A program made the translations under genes and the position numbers. DNA of 64,000 nucleotides from positions 221,464,001 to 221,528,000 of the forward strand of contig CM126212.1 in the NCBI GenBank assembly GCA_052327205.1, in the 5' to 3' direction. The notes beneath the pieces were generated by a model. That model was not told the origin of the DNA. It made no database searches and saw only the letters and a list, made by a program, of their open reading frames with translations. This document shows, piece after piece, positions 63,962 to 64,000 of this stretch. The DNA comes from Somniosus microcephalus. Its lineage: Eukaryota. Position 1 is the stretch's first letter; the number at the start of each line of letters is the position of its first letter.

Positions 63962-64000
63962 GTTATCAGGGAACCCACCTTTCTATGATGAAAATGATGA
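63962..64000 (+). CDS. CAMKV: CAMKV coding exon, truncated by window end
   Basis: ttttttcccag acceptor. Translates (L)LSGNPPFYDEND, in phase with the previous exon. Confidence 0.92.

Overview
Vertebrate, very probably cartilaginous-fish (shark), genomic DNA. The taxon is inferred from the repeat landscape: CR1 LINEs with 8-nt tails, Deu-type SINEs, Penelope and Harbinger elements. The whole window lies inside one + strand host gene, the pseudokinase CAMKV. Six coding exons (8902-9033, 16814-16888, 52912-53050, 55481-55601, 60268-60343, 63962-end) have canonical AG/GT sites and splice in frame; the last runs off the window. The introns (one is 36 kb) are packed with transposons. Most notable: (1) three copies of a 230-bp LTR bracket the 75-nt in-frame exon, forming a ~97% identical 181-bp foldback plus an inverted partner across the exon, so competing pre-mRNA duplexes are possible; (2) a four-level nest SINE > Harbinger (transposase + Myb/SANT gene) > CR1 > Tc1/mariner MITE with readable TIRs and TSDs; (3) Penelope-derived minimal hammerhead ribozyme motifs; (4) a non-autonomous Helitron, a Vingi/Ingi-like LINE remnant, a templated inverted duplication and a 29-bp minisatellite built of palindromes. 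No CRISPR array, rRNA or true tRNA gene is supported. All family calls come from reading motifs by eye; no database search was run.
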